This document shows positions 30,730 to 39,845 of a stretch of DNA of 64,000 bases, one piece after another. A model generated the notes under the pieces. The model did not search any database, was not told where the DNA came from, and worked only from the letters and a program-made list of their open reading frames with translations. The position numbers were made by a program, and so were the translations under genes. Source of the DNA: a plasmid; sequence record NZ_KX832927.1. The stretch is one strand, 5' to 3'. Within the stretch, counting starts at the first letter, position 1, and each line of letters opens with the position of its first letter.

Positions 30730-31719
30730 TTAGTAGTAACTGCCTTCCGCGCCCTCCTCTTCTGTAACAGGGATCATGTCCTCGTCACTCAAAGGCGGCA
30801 TTTCTTCGGCACCAGGTTCAGCATTTGCAGAACCACCAGCGGCGGACTCTTGCTCGTGCGCTTCCTGGTAGTCAGGTTTCGGAGGCTCCATTTGATCCAT
30901 CTCCTTGTCACGAAGGAATTGAGTCGCATATTGCAGTTCCGAACCTTCATACCGTCCCTTCACATACTCATGCGCCGCAGACCATGCGTTTTCAGCAATG
31001 GCGCGATTTGCGAGTTTGGTTAGGATCGGGTCAAGCTCTTTGTGCTCAATAGCCAAAGGCTCTTGGCTTTGAACTTGAGATGGTGAAGGGAGATTGGCAA
31101 TAGCCGGGTTAATGGCCGATGCCTGCTCCATTTCACGGATGCGTTCAGCTTCATCCTGGTCATAAATACCAGAGAAACCAAATGCGACACGAGAACACTG
31201 GATCAGCGACTTGTGCCGGAGTTGACGCTTGGTGTGCGTTTGCCAGGGGCCATCAACAGTGTAAGCACCATTGCGACCTTGACCCTGAAACGGTTCACGG
31301 TACACCTCATCAATGAACTCCTTGATGCGGATAGGGCGAGATCTGTCCTTACGGTAAATCACGCATTCAATCCACTCAGGGCAGTCAACTTTCGCCCCCT
31401 GCATTCTGACCATCTTGTCCGAATACACGAACTCGACGCCATCATACTGGGGATGCTCGTTGATGATGCGGCTCCAACCATCAACACCTACTACCGGAAT
31501 GATCCCATTTTGCTTGTCAGGAAACGCATAGATTTCCCGAGTGAAAGGGTTCAAACCGTACTGTTCAGCCACGATCAGGAGCGTCATCATCTGCTCATCG
31601 GTCGGGGCACTTCCATCTCGCTGCTTGAATGCGGTCGCCTTCAAAGTTTCATAGAACTTTCGGGTGTCCACGCCAAACCGGCTTGCGATACGGGTTACAA
31701 GAGATTTGTTATCAGACAT
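30730..31719 (-). CDS. bet: Bet/RecT-family single-strand annealing protein
   Basis: RecT/Bet-like core. Start at ATG with GGAGAA RBS. C-terminus ...EEGAEGSYY. Confidence 0.75.
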   Translation of the reverse strand: MSDNKSLVTRIASRFGVDTRKFYETLKATAFKQRDGSAPTDEQMMTLLIVAEQYGLNPFTREIYAFPDKQNGIIPVVGVDGWSRIINEHPQYDGVEFVYSDKMVRMQGAKVDCPEWIECVIYRKDRSRPIRIKEFIDEVYREPFQGQGRNGAYTVDGPWQTHTKRQLRHKSLIQCSRVAFGFSGIYDQDEAERIREMEQASAINPAIANLPSPSQVQSQEPLAIEHKELDPILTKLANRAIAENAWSAAHEYVKGRYEGSELQYATQFLRDKEMDQMEPPKPDYQEAHEQESAAGGSANAEPGAEEMPPLSDEDMIPVTEEEGAEGSYY

Positions 31720-31813
31720 GGTGTTTCTCCAATTCACGAATGAACGGTTTGAGGACACCATGACCCCCTCGGGGCATGAGTGCCCCCGTGGGGTTTAGTA
31801 AGAGTTGGCGGTG

Positions 31814-32341
31814 TTACCCGCCAGCCAAGTGGTGCAGCCGCATGAACGAGATGTCATCATCCCAGCCATCAGGAGCGGGACCATAGCCTCCGCCCATACC
31901 ACCTTGCGGTGCTGATTGCTGCACAGGAGCAGATTGCGTACCGGCTCCTGTACGTTGCCCTTTTTGGGGCGCTGCACGTTGAGAGTTGTCCTGAGGTGCA
32001 TTTCCACGACCACCAAGCATCTGCATTTCAACGCAGTGTACTTCGGTGGTGTAGCGCTCGATTTGTTGGCTGTCAGTCCACTTCCGGGTGCGGTTGCTCC
32101 CTTCGAGATAGACTTGGGAGCCCTTTTTCAGGTACTCACCAGCGACTTCTGCCAAACGACCTTTAAGCACAATACGGTGCCACTCAGTATGCTCTCTTTG
32201 CTCGCCAGACTGCTTATCGCGCCACGTATCCGTTGTTGCAACGTTGAAGTTGGCAACGGCAGTTCCGCTTGGCATGTAGCGAATTTCCGGGTCAGAACCG
32301 AGATTACCGACCAGAATTACTTTGTTGACGCCTTTAGACAT
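31814..32341 (-). CDS. ssb: single-stranded DNA-binding protein with atypical C-terminus (DDDISF followed by 9 extra residues)
   Basis: OB-fold SSB N-terminus ([22 protein letters not shown]). Gly-rich linker. DDDISF motif, then MRLHHLAGG before the stop. Confidence 0.9.
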   Translation of the reverse strand: MSKGVNKVILVGNLGSDPEIRYMPSGTAVANFNVATTDTWRDKQSGEQREHTEWHRIVLKGRLAEVAGEYLKKGSQVYLEGSNRTRKWTDSQQIERYTTEVHCVEMQMLGGRGNAPQDNSQRAAPQKGQRTGAGTQSAPVQQSAPQGGMGGGYGPAPDGWDDDISFMRLHHLAGG

Positions 32342-32404
32342 CATGACCTCCAAGTTATTTGGAGAGGGCCAACGCCCCTTTCGGGGAGCAAGCCCCCGTA
32401 AGGG

Positions 32405-33313
32405 TTAAAAAAAGTGATCCTCTTGTTCGGCGTCGATCTCTGCCAGGCGAATCAGCTCAGATACAAGGCCAAGCCTTTCTGCATCTGCTCTTACTTCGTC
32501 GTAGCTGAAACCAAACCGTTCAATGAGGGGTTTTAGTGAATCAAAACGCTCGTAGTCGAAGGTATCACCCTGTTCATCACAGAATGCCACCAGCGGCTTC
32601 TCTACGTTTGAAAAGTCATCCGCGAAACGCTGTTGCAGGTAAACCAACATCAGCAGGGGTTTGTGACCATGTTCCGGGCGGAGTTCACCAGCGCCTTCCA
32701 GCGTAGCTGGATGGATAGTGTTTTCGCCTAGTCCAGTGCTAACCCCAAGCTCATAACCGCTGTCAGTACGCATCAGCACACTGGGTAGCAAGTCATTTGA
32801 GCCTTCGCTCCGAGCAACCTCAAAGCCGATTAAACCGGCTCCTTTGGCAAAAACCCCAGCAACAAAACCTTTGAAGAGGTTTATGTCACCTGGAGGTAAC
32901 TCAGAGGGCGGAGATAACAGCCAGTTGAGAGATCCCAAGCTGGCTGTTTGTCCGGCTGAAACATTCCCCCCTTCCAGCACCGTCTGTGTCTCTGCGTTTA
33001 CCAGCACCTCATCCAGAAAGGTGTACCCCTGGCTGAGAAACTGTGACACATACTGGCTTTCTTTGTCCTTGTAGGACATTGGGATCGTGTCTGGGCCGTT
33101 AGCTTCAAAAGGTCCTTCGAGCTTTGTCTCAGACCAATTTTCAGCTTTCCCATCAGTGACGGTTCGGCGTAGCTCGACCATCGTGAATTGGCCTGGCTCC
33201 GAGGAGCTGGGCTCCCGGAGCAACTTGTAGCCAATGAAGACTTCTATTGTGGTTTCGTCATTGCCCCACTCTTTAGCAGTGTAACGACGGCACAAACAGT
33301 CATTTTTCTTCAT
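32405..33313 (-). CDS. hypothetical protein ending ...EQEDHFF
   Basis: 302 aa ORF between the cobS-like gene and ssb. Confidence 0.5.
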   Translation of the reverse strand: MKKNDCLCRRYTAKEWGNDETTIEVFIGYKLLREPSSSEPGQFTMVELRRTVTDGKAENWSETKLEGPFEANGPDTIPMSYKDKESQYVSQFLSQGYTFLDEVLVNAETQTVLEGGNVSAGQTASLGSLNWLLSPPSELPPGDINLFKGFVAGVFAKGAGLIGFEVARSEGSNDLLPSVLMRTDSGYELGVSTGLGENTIHPATLEGAGELRPEHGHKPLLMLVYLQQRFADDFSNVEKPLVAFCDEQGDTFDYERFDSLKPLIERFGFSYDEVRADAERLGLVSELIRLAEIDAEQEDHFF

Positions 33314-33323
33314 GCGTCACCCC

Positions 33324-34292
33324 TTAGCGCCATTGGTCCCCGAACACATCCTTCGCAACACGCAGGATGGCTTCACGCTCCTCTTTGGCCGCACGGATAA
33401 GCAGAGCTTGATCCAGGGCGTATTCAAGAGCATTTGGGGCACCACGGAACGCTAGAGACAGTTTCGCCCAACGCACCAACGTCCGAGTGGACATGGTGAC
33501 GCTGATCTGACCATCTTCACCGTTTTCGCCAAGAAACAGTTTGCGGACCTGATTAGCAATCCGAACCATTCCCTTCCGCACATTTTCCGGAAGTTTCGGA
33601 GTAACACGGCCAAGAATGCTGAGTTCAGCTTCCTCATCCGCATACCCTACTTTGGTGAAACGATAGCGATCCATAGCTGCGAGGTTCTGCATCATCACCC
33701 CCTGGTACAAACCAGAAGCATCACCGGACCCCGTAGAGTTACCAGTAACGACCACACGAAACATCGGGTGCGGCTTGATGATTTCCCCGCCATTCTGAGC
33801 GATCACAAGGGGACGCCCTTCAAGGACATCGTTGAGACCAGCCAGCTCGGCAGGGTCGGCCAAATCCACCTCGTTGATGAGGAGCAGATGACCTTCACGC
33901 ATAGCGACTGCCAGAGGTCCATACATGAACTTCATGACAGGTGGTTGACCAGGCTTTTCCGCGACCAGAGCGTGATGTCCAATCAGATCTGTCAGCTCCA
34001 TCCGCCCGTGGGCAGTGATTTGCTGAACAGGCCAGTTGAGACGACCAGCGATCTCGGTGATACCTGAGGTTTTGCCAGACCCGGTAGGGCCGGTTACGAA
34101 CAATGCGTCACCGCCAGGCTCTTTGAGATAGGCCAAGACCTCTCGCAGAAACTCTTTGCGGAAAACGTAGTTGGTATCAGTGGCAGGGATGAAAGGGTTT
34201 GAACCGTCAGCGTAGCCGATGGCCGTTACCTTCTCCGGAATGCTGGGCATACCGAAAACCTTGCTTACTGAGAATTGAGAGTATTGAGACAT
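33324..34292 (-). CDS. CobS-like / MoxR-family AAA+ ATPase
   Basis: Walker A GPTGSGKT. Walker B LLINEVD. 322 aa. Confidence 0.8.
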   Translation of the reverse strand: MSQYSQFSVSKVFGMPSIPEKVTAIGYADGSNPFIPATDTNYVFRKEFLREVLAYLKEPGGDALFVTGPTGSGKTSGITEIAGRLNWPVQQITAHGRMELTDLIGHHALVAEKPGQPPVMKFMYGPLAVAMREGHLLLINEVDLADPAELAGLNDVLEGRPLVIAQNGGEIIKPHPMFRVVVTGNSTGSGDASGLYQGVMMQNLAAMDRYRFTKVGYADEEAELSILGRVTPKLPENVRKGMVRIANQVRKLFLGENGEDGQISVTMSTRTLVRWAKLSLAFRGAPNALEYALDQALLIRAAKEEREAILRVAKDVFGDQWR

Positions 34293-34360
34293 AGGTGCGC
34301 TCCTATTGTGACAGGCGCACCACGTCCCGAACCGGGCGGATGCGCCCGGTTGGGCTAGTA

Positions 34361-34407
34361 AATTAACGTTAATTTGCTGTTTGTTTTTGGCGACCAGCTA
34401 TCGCACT
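34361..34407 (-). promoter_or_regulatory. conserved box, copy 7, with palindrome (upstream of the cobS-ssb-bet-exo operon)
   Basis: As copy 6. Confidence 0.55.
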
Positions 34408-34511
34408 TTTCGCTCTCCGAAGAGAACAAAATCTGCTTACTGATGGTATTCACCATGAGTAAGAAGACTTTTAAGGAGCGAGGAGAGTAGCCTCTCCTGG
34501 AGGCCACTCCC

Positions 34512-34763
34512 TCAATGGACGAACATCACCACATCGTCGTTTTGACCAATGACCCCGGTTTCTTTGGCCCACTTCACTGCTTCACTGTGCGCCTGGTAGG
34601 AGCTGGAATACAGTTTCGGATCAAATTTCACCTCGCGTCCATCAGCCAGATAGATGATGCCTGCGTGATCGTCGTAAACATGAAGATTCTGTTGCATTCG
34701 ACATTCCCCCTGTAGCTTGTCGTCAAAGCCAACTGACACCAGAAGACTTTGAGGACAAGCCAC
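34512..34763 (-). CDS. small hypothetical protein (83 aa)
   Basis: ORF downstream of a repeat box. Confidence 0.4.
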   Translation of the reverse strand: MACPQSLLVSVGFDDKLQGECRMQQNLHVYDDHAGIIYLADGREVKFDPKLYSSSYQAHSEAVKWAKETGVIGQNDDVVMFVH

Positions 34764-35000
34764 AGAGGCTTGACCAGAAAGAGAGGGGTTGCCCCCTCCC
34801 TTTGCGTTGACTATCAGCAGTAACCGAACGATTCAGCGATTCTCACGAAAGGACGAGAGATTGCCCAACCAGTAGGGATACACAAAGCGATGATAGCGAT
34901 TTCCATGATGTTGCTCCTAAGCAAAAAGGGGCAACATCCCCGTCGGGGTATGGTTGCCCCGATGGGTTTGAAAGTGTCGAAGATTACTCAGCGACAGTTA

Positions 35001-35321
35001 TTACCAAACAAGTTCCTTGCCCTTACGAAGGTAAGTCGGGATTTCGAGATAATCCCAGTCAGGTTCTTGTTTAGCGACTTCTTGAACTTGAGTTACCTCA
35101 GGTTCAACGACTGCTTTGGCTTGTTCAGCCTTGGCAGCACGTTCTTTGATGACGGCCTGTACAGACCGCATTGCAGGAACTGCGAATTTGTTCCAAAGGA
35201 ACAAACCGATACGCTGGAACACTTTAGCGAGAACGATGAAGGAAAAAGCAAATGCCTTCGCGCCTACGTACAGTGCGCCCAGAGATGCAAGCAGAACTAC
35301 AATGAAAGTGATGATGTGCAT
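35001..35321 (-). CDS. small membrane protein (106 aa)
   Basis: N-terminal hydrophobic helices. Follows a repeat-box variant. Confidence 0.4.
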   Translation of the reverse strand: MHIITFIVVLLASLGALYVGAKAFAFSFIVLAKVFQRIGLFLWNKFAVPAMRSVQAVIKERAAKAEQAKAVVEPEVTQVQEVAKQEPDWDYLEIPTYLRKGKELVW

Positions 35322-35417
35322 GGTGTTGCTCCTATGTAAAAAAACAGGGGCAACACCCGAAAACCGGGAGAAGCCCCCGGCTTGGGGTTAAGTAATGCCA
35401 TACGGCATAAGACTAGA

Positions 35418-35449
35418 TGCTGTTTGTTTTCGGAGACCAGCTATCTCAC
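35418..35449 (-). promoter_or_regulatory. conserved box, copy 8 (variant)
   Basis: TGCTGTTTGTTTTCGGAGACCAGCTATCTCAC. Confidence 0.45.
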
Positions 35450-35614
35450 CTATAGCCGCAGAGCGACTAAGATGATTCAAATATAGCTCACCTTTGCTAA
35501 ACAGAAAACGCTGTAACTGTCCATTTTGGGCACTTCGAGAGGTCAGGTTACAGATTGACCGCATTTATCCTTTCCAGTGCGTTTATCTGTACCTCAAATT
35601 TAGGAGTATCTCTA

Positions 35615-36256
35615 ATGGCAGAAGCACAAGTAGCACTGGACACAAACAACGACCGCAGCAACCACTACTCTCGCCCTGTTTTCAAGCAAGTTCTGAAAGT
35701 AAACAGCCTCCAAGCTCAGCGCGTCATGGAACGCAGCTTTGAGCGAGTTTCCAACTCCCTGTTCTCCATCGACGTGATCCTTCGCATCATCGGTGAGCAG
35801 GACGAAATCGACCAGGTTGAAACCGTCATCCTGGAACACATTTCCAAGGTCTCCGAAGACCTGGACAAAGCTACCGCCCAGCTCAACAAGCTGATGGAAG
35901 ACAACGGCATCGACATGATGCCCGGCTACACCAACCCGAATGAATACACCATCGAGATCAACTCTCCTCAGGTTGCTCAGTTTGCACACCTGATCCGCAA
36001 ACTGGATACCCTGATGGGGATCGTTGACACTCTCTGGCTGAACACCGTACTGACCAGCAAGCAGCGCACCGACGCCACTTACCAATGGCAGCAACGCCTC
36101 ATCAAGCTGGCCGGTCGAATCATCGGCATCGAGAAACGGGCTCGCATTTCCGCCCACAGCAAAGGCAAAGAAGGTGAAGTGGCCGAAGCCGCTCCGGAAT
36201 CTGCAACCGGCGACAAGGAAATCGCAGACGAAGCCGAGAAAACAAAAGCAGCATAA
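35615..36256 (+). CDS. hypothetical coiled-coil protein (plus strand, opposite to the backbone)
   Basis: ATG at 35615 with AGGAG RBS. Strong rho-independent terminator after the stop. Confidence 0.5.
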   Translation: MAEAQVALDTNNDRSNHYSRPVFKQVLKVNSLQAQRVMERSFERVSNSLFSIDVILRIIGEQDEIDQVETVILEHISKVSEDLDKATAQLNKLMEDNGIDMMPGYTNPNEYTIEINSPQVAQFAHLIRKLDTLMGIVDTLWLNTVLTSKQRTDATYQWQQRLIKLAGRIIGIEKRARISAHSKGKEGEVAEAAPESATGDKEIADEAEKTKAA

Positions 36257-36261
36257 CCCAG

Positions 36262-36296
36262 CCCAAACCTTTGCCCCTCGCCCGAGGGGCTTTTTT
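36262..36296 (+). terminator. rho-independent terminator (CCCCTCGCCCGAGGGGC + T8)
   Basis: GC hairpin followed by a T-run. Confidence 0.7.
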
Positions 36297-36378
36297 TTGT
36301 CTTTTATGGTTGCATTTTTTGATGCTGTGATATTATCGAAGTAAATCAGATTCAACTCAGGTAAGAACGGAGAACAAC

Positions 36379-37239
36379 ATGAAAAAGGCTTTAATCACCA
36401 CCGTGGCTCTGGCTGTAGCAGCTCTATCTGGCTGTGCATCCACCAGCAGTTACGAACCCACAGCGTACAAAACCAATCACAGTCGCGCTTACAACATCGC
36501 GGAGGCCGGTGGCCTGGTAACAGGCATCCAAGACGCTTCTGTTCCGCGTGACAAGCTGGAGCGTCTGACCGACACCAAAACGTTTGGGGCAGCCTACGTG
36601 CTGTCTGGCTACATGTCCCCTCAGCTCGGAATGACCGACTGGCAAGGTGGCTTGGTCAACCTTGCGAACTGGGCTATCGGCCCCAAACAGCATGGCGCTC
36701 GCAATAGCTTGATCGCTTGGATGCCTGCTAACGAAGCAGTTTCACCGGCAGACGCTCAGGCCAAATTTCTTTCACATGTGAAAGTTTCCATTGAGTCAGC
36801 GCTGACTGATTTGGGTGCCAATTTCACGCTTCTGTATGACAAAGATGGTCGCCTAACCTATCAGTTCTACAAGAATGAATGGGGTTGCCCGACGTGGGTG
36901 AACGGACAAAGTAAGGTAGCTGACATGTGTTCCGTTAAGGTGAAAATCGTGGAGCCTCGCCTAGGGTCAGCTCCTAATTTTGTCTCTGGCGTTCAAGGTA
37001 CAGCGTATGCCTTCACATCAGGCCATGAGACCGCATACAACTTTGTGAATGTCGGTAATGGGGCAGCAAGCCATGCTCCTCAGCAAGCGATCTACGCAGC
37101 TATTAGCAAACAGCTACCAGCTTGGGCCTACCTCTACCTTGCTCCAAAATCGGTTGAGCTGGATAATGGCGAAAAAGTTGCTTTCCCTTACCTTCTTGAT
37201 CAGGGAAAAGCAGAGTTATTTGTTTACCCAGAAGCGTAA
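36379..37239 (+). CDS. lipoprotein (signal peptide with LSGC lipobox), unknown function
   Basis: MKKALITTVALAVAALSGC lipobox. Own sigma70-like promoter (TTGCAT-17-TATTAT at about 36307-36336). RBS GGAGAACAAC. Confidence 0.6.
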   Translation: MKKALITTVALAVAALSGCASTSSYEPTAYKTNHSRAYNIAEAGGLVTGIQDASVPRDKLERLTDTKTFGAAYVLSGYMSPQLGMTDWQGGLVNLANWAIGPKQHGARNSLIAWMPANEAVSPADAQAKFLSHVKVSIESALTDLGANFTLLYDKDGRLTYQFYKNEWGCPTWVNGQSKVADMCSVKVKIVEPRLGSAPNFVSGVQGTAYAFTSGHETAYNFVNVGNGAASHAPQQAIYAAISKQLPAWAYLYLAPKSVELDNGEKVAFPYLLDQGKAELFVYPEA

Positions 37240-37306
37240 TCAATCTACATGAGAAAGGGGCCTTTCGGAGTATATAGTGAATTTTGTGTACTTCTGTTGG
37301 TGAGTG

Positions 37307-37345
37307 AGTGAATGCCCCATAAGCAAAGGCTTTTGGGGCATTTTT
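37307..37345 (+). terminator. rho-independent terminator after the lipoprotein gene
   Basis: GCCCCATAAGCAAAGGCTTTTGGGGC hairpin followed by ATTTTTAG. Confidence 0.55.
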
Positions 37346-37433
37346 AGTTTTTACACGGTATGTAATTTGGTGTGTAAAAATAGGAGCACTTGCTCCAAGG
37401 GCTCTGCCCTCTCGCCGCAAGCGGCGATTCACC

Positions 37434-37457
37434 CGAGGTATTTCACGACCAGCGATG
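37434..37457. repeat. 24-bp direct repeat, left copy (CGAGGTATTTCACGACCAGCGATG), flanking the integron
   Basis: 23 of 24 identity with the copy at 44301-44324. Confidence 0.6.
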
Positions 37458-37595
37458 TGATCCAGTGAGAGCACAGATACAGATAACTTCCTCGGGGATG
37501 CTTAAAAGTGAGCAATGGTCGTACCACCATACTCATACTGTAGCTGGAGGATGCCATAATAAATTGGCCGCCCGTAGCTTTGGTCGCAAAGCGAA

Positions 37596-37690
37596 CGTTC
37601 AGATTTCGGAATAACGCTTAGGTAACCGGCGCCGGAGCGCCAGCGGAGGGAACCAAAAGCGGCACGCTTTTGGCGTCCGGTTGACCGCCT
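37596..37690 (-). repeat. attC site of the GNAT cassette (last cassette)
   Basis: ATAACGC...GTTAC inverted-repeat structure. Confidence 0.55.
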
Positions 37691-37692
37691 TG

Positions 37693-38157
37693 TTACATGG
37701 TGATTCGATAGTATCCGCCATACTCTCCATCCTTAGAACCACTGTGCGTGGCCTGCCAACCCAATTTTTGGGCCACTCTCTTGCTGGCCACATTATCGTC
37801 CGCGATGAAGACCTGAACGGTATCGAGGTCGAACTCTGTGGATAGCCTTTCAACCGCCAACTCGCAAGCCTTGGCAGCTATCCCGTTTCCCCAAAACTCC
37901 GACCTGATGAAATAGCCGAAGTCGAAAACGCCATCTATCTGCTTAATACCGCAGAACCCGATAAATTCATCTTTATCAGCCTCTGCAATAGCAAAGCGAG
38001 TTGGGTTAGTGAGAGCACTCTCGAACCAAGAATTCGCCTCATCTTCTGTCAGGGCGCGACCCGGCCCAAGAAATCGCATGACCTCAGGATCTCGAAGCAT
38101 CGACATAACAGCCGTCTTATCTTTCTGTTGAAGATCCCTCAGCTTCACTGGAATCAT
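37693..38157 (-). CDS. GNAT-family N-acetyltransferase cassette
   Basis: Acetyl-CoA-binding motif region (WGNGIAAKA). 154 aa. Confidence 0.7.
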   Translation of the reverse strand: MIPVKLRDLQQKDKTAVMSMLRDPEVMRFLGPGRALTEDEANSWFESALTNPTRFAIAEADKDEFIGFCGIKQIDGVFDFGYFIRSEFWGNGIAAKACELAVERLSTEFDLDTVQVFIADDNVASKRVAQKLGWQATHSGSKDGEYGGYYRITM

Positions 38158-38241
38158 AAGGCCGACCTCACCATGTAACGCGAAGCTAAGCGGCGGCCCG
38201 TCAGGGACGTCCGGTGGACGGCCGTCAGGCCGGGAACGTAC

Positions 38242-38682
38242 TTAAGCGATTTGTTGTACGTTCCAAGACTCCCGCAGCTGGCCAATGACACCCGCGACCG
38301 TTTCAAACACCACCTCGTGAGAGCAACGGTAACGGTCCCTGGCCCAATCCAAAACAATAGGGCCTCGAATTTGTGACGCATGGTGGGGAAATGCCTCCAA
38401 GTACTCTTCAGTAAGGGCGGCTCCCCTGGGAAAAATGTGAAAATGAAGTCGAGACTGCTCTTCCCCAAACTGAGCGCAGTAGATGCGCAAGGGATTCACT
38501 GCTTCCTTTACCAGCGAAGTGACATTGGCCAATAGAGGGCCAAGGCTCTCGACCGATTGCCTTGGTAGAGCATCTAGCGATTCGACTGAAGCCAACGGAG
38601 AGACGATCAAATAGCCGGGCACAGCACAGGAATAGCAGTGCTCGACTAAAAAATCTTCTGATCGTCCAATCTCGAAGTTCAT
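38242..38682 (-). CDS. HIT-like fold protein cassette with degenerate histidine triad
   Basis: CAVPGYLIVSP and HFHIFPR resemble HIT/GalT-branch motifs. Confidence 0.45.
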   Translation of the reverse strand: MNFEIGRSEDFLVEHCYSCAVPGYLIVSPLASVESLDALPRQSVESLGPLLANVTSLVKEAVNPLRIYCAQFGEEQSRLHFHIFPRGAALTEEYLEAFPHHASQIRGPIVLDWARDRYRCSHEVVFETVAGVIGQLRESWNVQQIA

Positions 38683-38689
38683 CAGTACC

Positions 38690-38785
38690 TACTCGTACAA
38701 CGCTTGCAGCATGCGCGCCTGCGGAATGGAGCCAAAGGCGCAATGTAGTAGGCGTCGCCGTGCCTGCATTGGTTAAAACCTACCA
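38690..38785 (-). repeat. attC site; close paralogue of the attCs at 39315-39397 and 39755-39838
   Basis: Shared core CAGCATGCGCG...GGAATGGAG...GCAATGTAGTAG.CGTCGCCGTG. Confidence 0.6.
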
Positions 38786-39292
38786 TCAGGAACCTCCGGG
38801 GTTAGCCAGCCGCACCGCAACGTTGCTGTGTTGCGATCCAGTTTCATTCTCATGCTGTGAGCCGAAAAGATTGACCCACTGCCCCTGAACCAACACCAAC
38901 TCCCCGTTGCCAACACTGCTCCCATTGCTCCCATTGCTCCCATTGCTTGTAGTGTAATTGCCAGCATAGTTGAACTGGAATTGGCCGGACGAGCCCATGA
39001 TTGGCTTGAGTTCATAACCTATGGACAACTCACTGGAAGAGGCAAAGCCTTTATCCTTGCTCGATACGCTAACCCTTAAAAGTCTCGATTCTTCCAGAAA
39101 GCTTGGCAATAAATCAGAGGGTAAGCTATCCGATTGTGTAGCCTGACACTCACAATACCGAACCTCCAACACCAGCGTTTTATTGGCGAGATAGTCTTCA
39201 GGAGCCGAGTTGTCGGCAAGAGCAATGCTAGGAATCAAGGATAGAAAGAGCAGATTAACCCGCAGAGTAATTTGTGTTGCGATCCGTTGCAT
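38786..39292 (-). CDS. secreted protein cassette with GSNGSNGSS tandem repeat
   Basis: Signal peptide. The 9-bp tandem repeat ATTGCTCCC x3 at about 38921-38950 encodes the GSN repeats. Confidence 0.45.
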   Translation of the reverse strand: MQRIATQITLRVNLLFLSLIPSIALADNSAPEDYLANKTLVLEVRYCECQATQSDSLPSDLLPSFLEESRLLRVSVSSKDKGFASSSELSIGYELKPIMGSSGQFQFNYAGNYTTSNGSNGSNGSSVGNGELVLVQGQWVNLFGSQHENETGSQHSNVAVRLANPGGS

Positions 39293-39314
39293 GTGACCTC
39301 CTGTATTTACGTTT

Positions 39315-39397
39315 TAACGCCAGCCAGCATGCGCGGCTACGGAATGAAGGCGAAGCCGCAATGTAGTAGACGTCGCCGTGACTGGCCTTGTTATGCA
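39315..39397 (-). repeat. attC site
   Basis: Near-identical to 39755-39838. Confidence 0.6.
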
Positions 39398-39398
39398 T

Positions 39399-39731
39399 TT
39401 ACCATTGGACCAAAACGTCTTGAACTTTCAGTGTCTCCGAGTCGAATCCAATCGCCCAAAACACTTTGATATCACTTTTGCTGTACTTCGCCTTCCACAA
39501 CGTCAACTTGGACTCATTTCTCGGTAGGCAATCTATAGACTCGATGCTTTCCAACGCACCCATTTCGTTCTCTATATCCCGACACATATCCAGATACATG
39601 TCTTCAGTGATCTTCCCATCGTCATTCGGGTCCTTAGGCAGCGCCGACATTTCTTGGAGTTCCCGATAGCTCCTTCCGTCATGTAGCTTGATTAGTCGCT
39701 CAGCCAGTTCAGTTTCTCGGTCAGTGATCAC
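39399..39731 (-). CDS. hypothetical cassette protein (about 110 aa; GTG start after AGGAGG)
   Basis: The track ORF extends into the attC. The RBS AAGGAGG with a GTG at 39731 gives a cassette-contained gene. Confidence 0.4.
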   Translation of the reverse strand: MITDRETELAERLIKLHDGRSYRELQEMSALPKDPNDDGKITEDMYLDMCRDIENEMGALESIESIDCLPRNESKLTLWKAKYSKSDIKVFWAIGFDSETLKVQDVLVQW

Positions 39732-39754
39732 GTAACTTGTCCTCCTTGATTGCA

Positions 39755-39838
39755 TAACGCCAGCCAGCATGCGCGGCTACGGAATGGAGGCGAAGCCGCA
39801 ATGTAGTAGACGTCGCCGTGACTGGCCTTGTTAAAACC
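39755..39838 (-). repeat. attC site
   Basis: CATAACGCC...GGCCTTGTTA inverted cores. Confidence 0.6.
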
Positions 39839-39845
39839 TCTTGGG

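Noticed and set aside
35612-36355. 247 aa minus-strand ORF overlapping the plus-strand coiled-coil gene
   Set aside because: The plus-strand gene has an RBS and terminator and a plausible product. The minus ORF is Cys/Gly/Val-rich antisense noise.
38921-38950. Possible CRISPR-like short repeats (ATTGCTCCC x3)
   Set aside because: Only a 9-bp in-frame tandem repeat inside a cassette ORF, encoding GSN repeats. No spacers, no cas genes.
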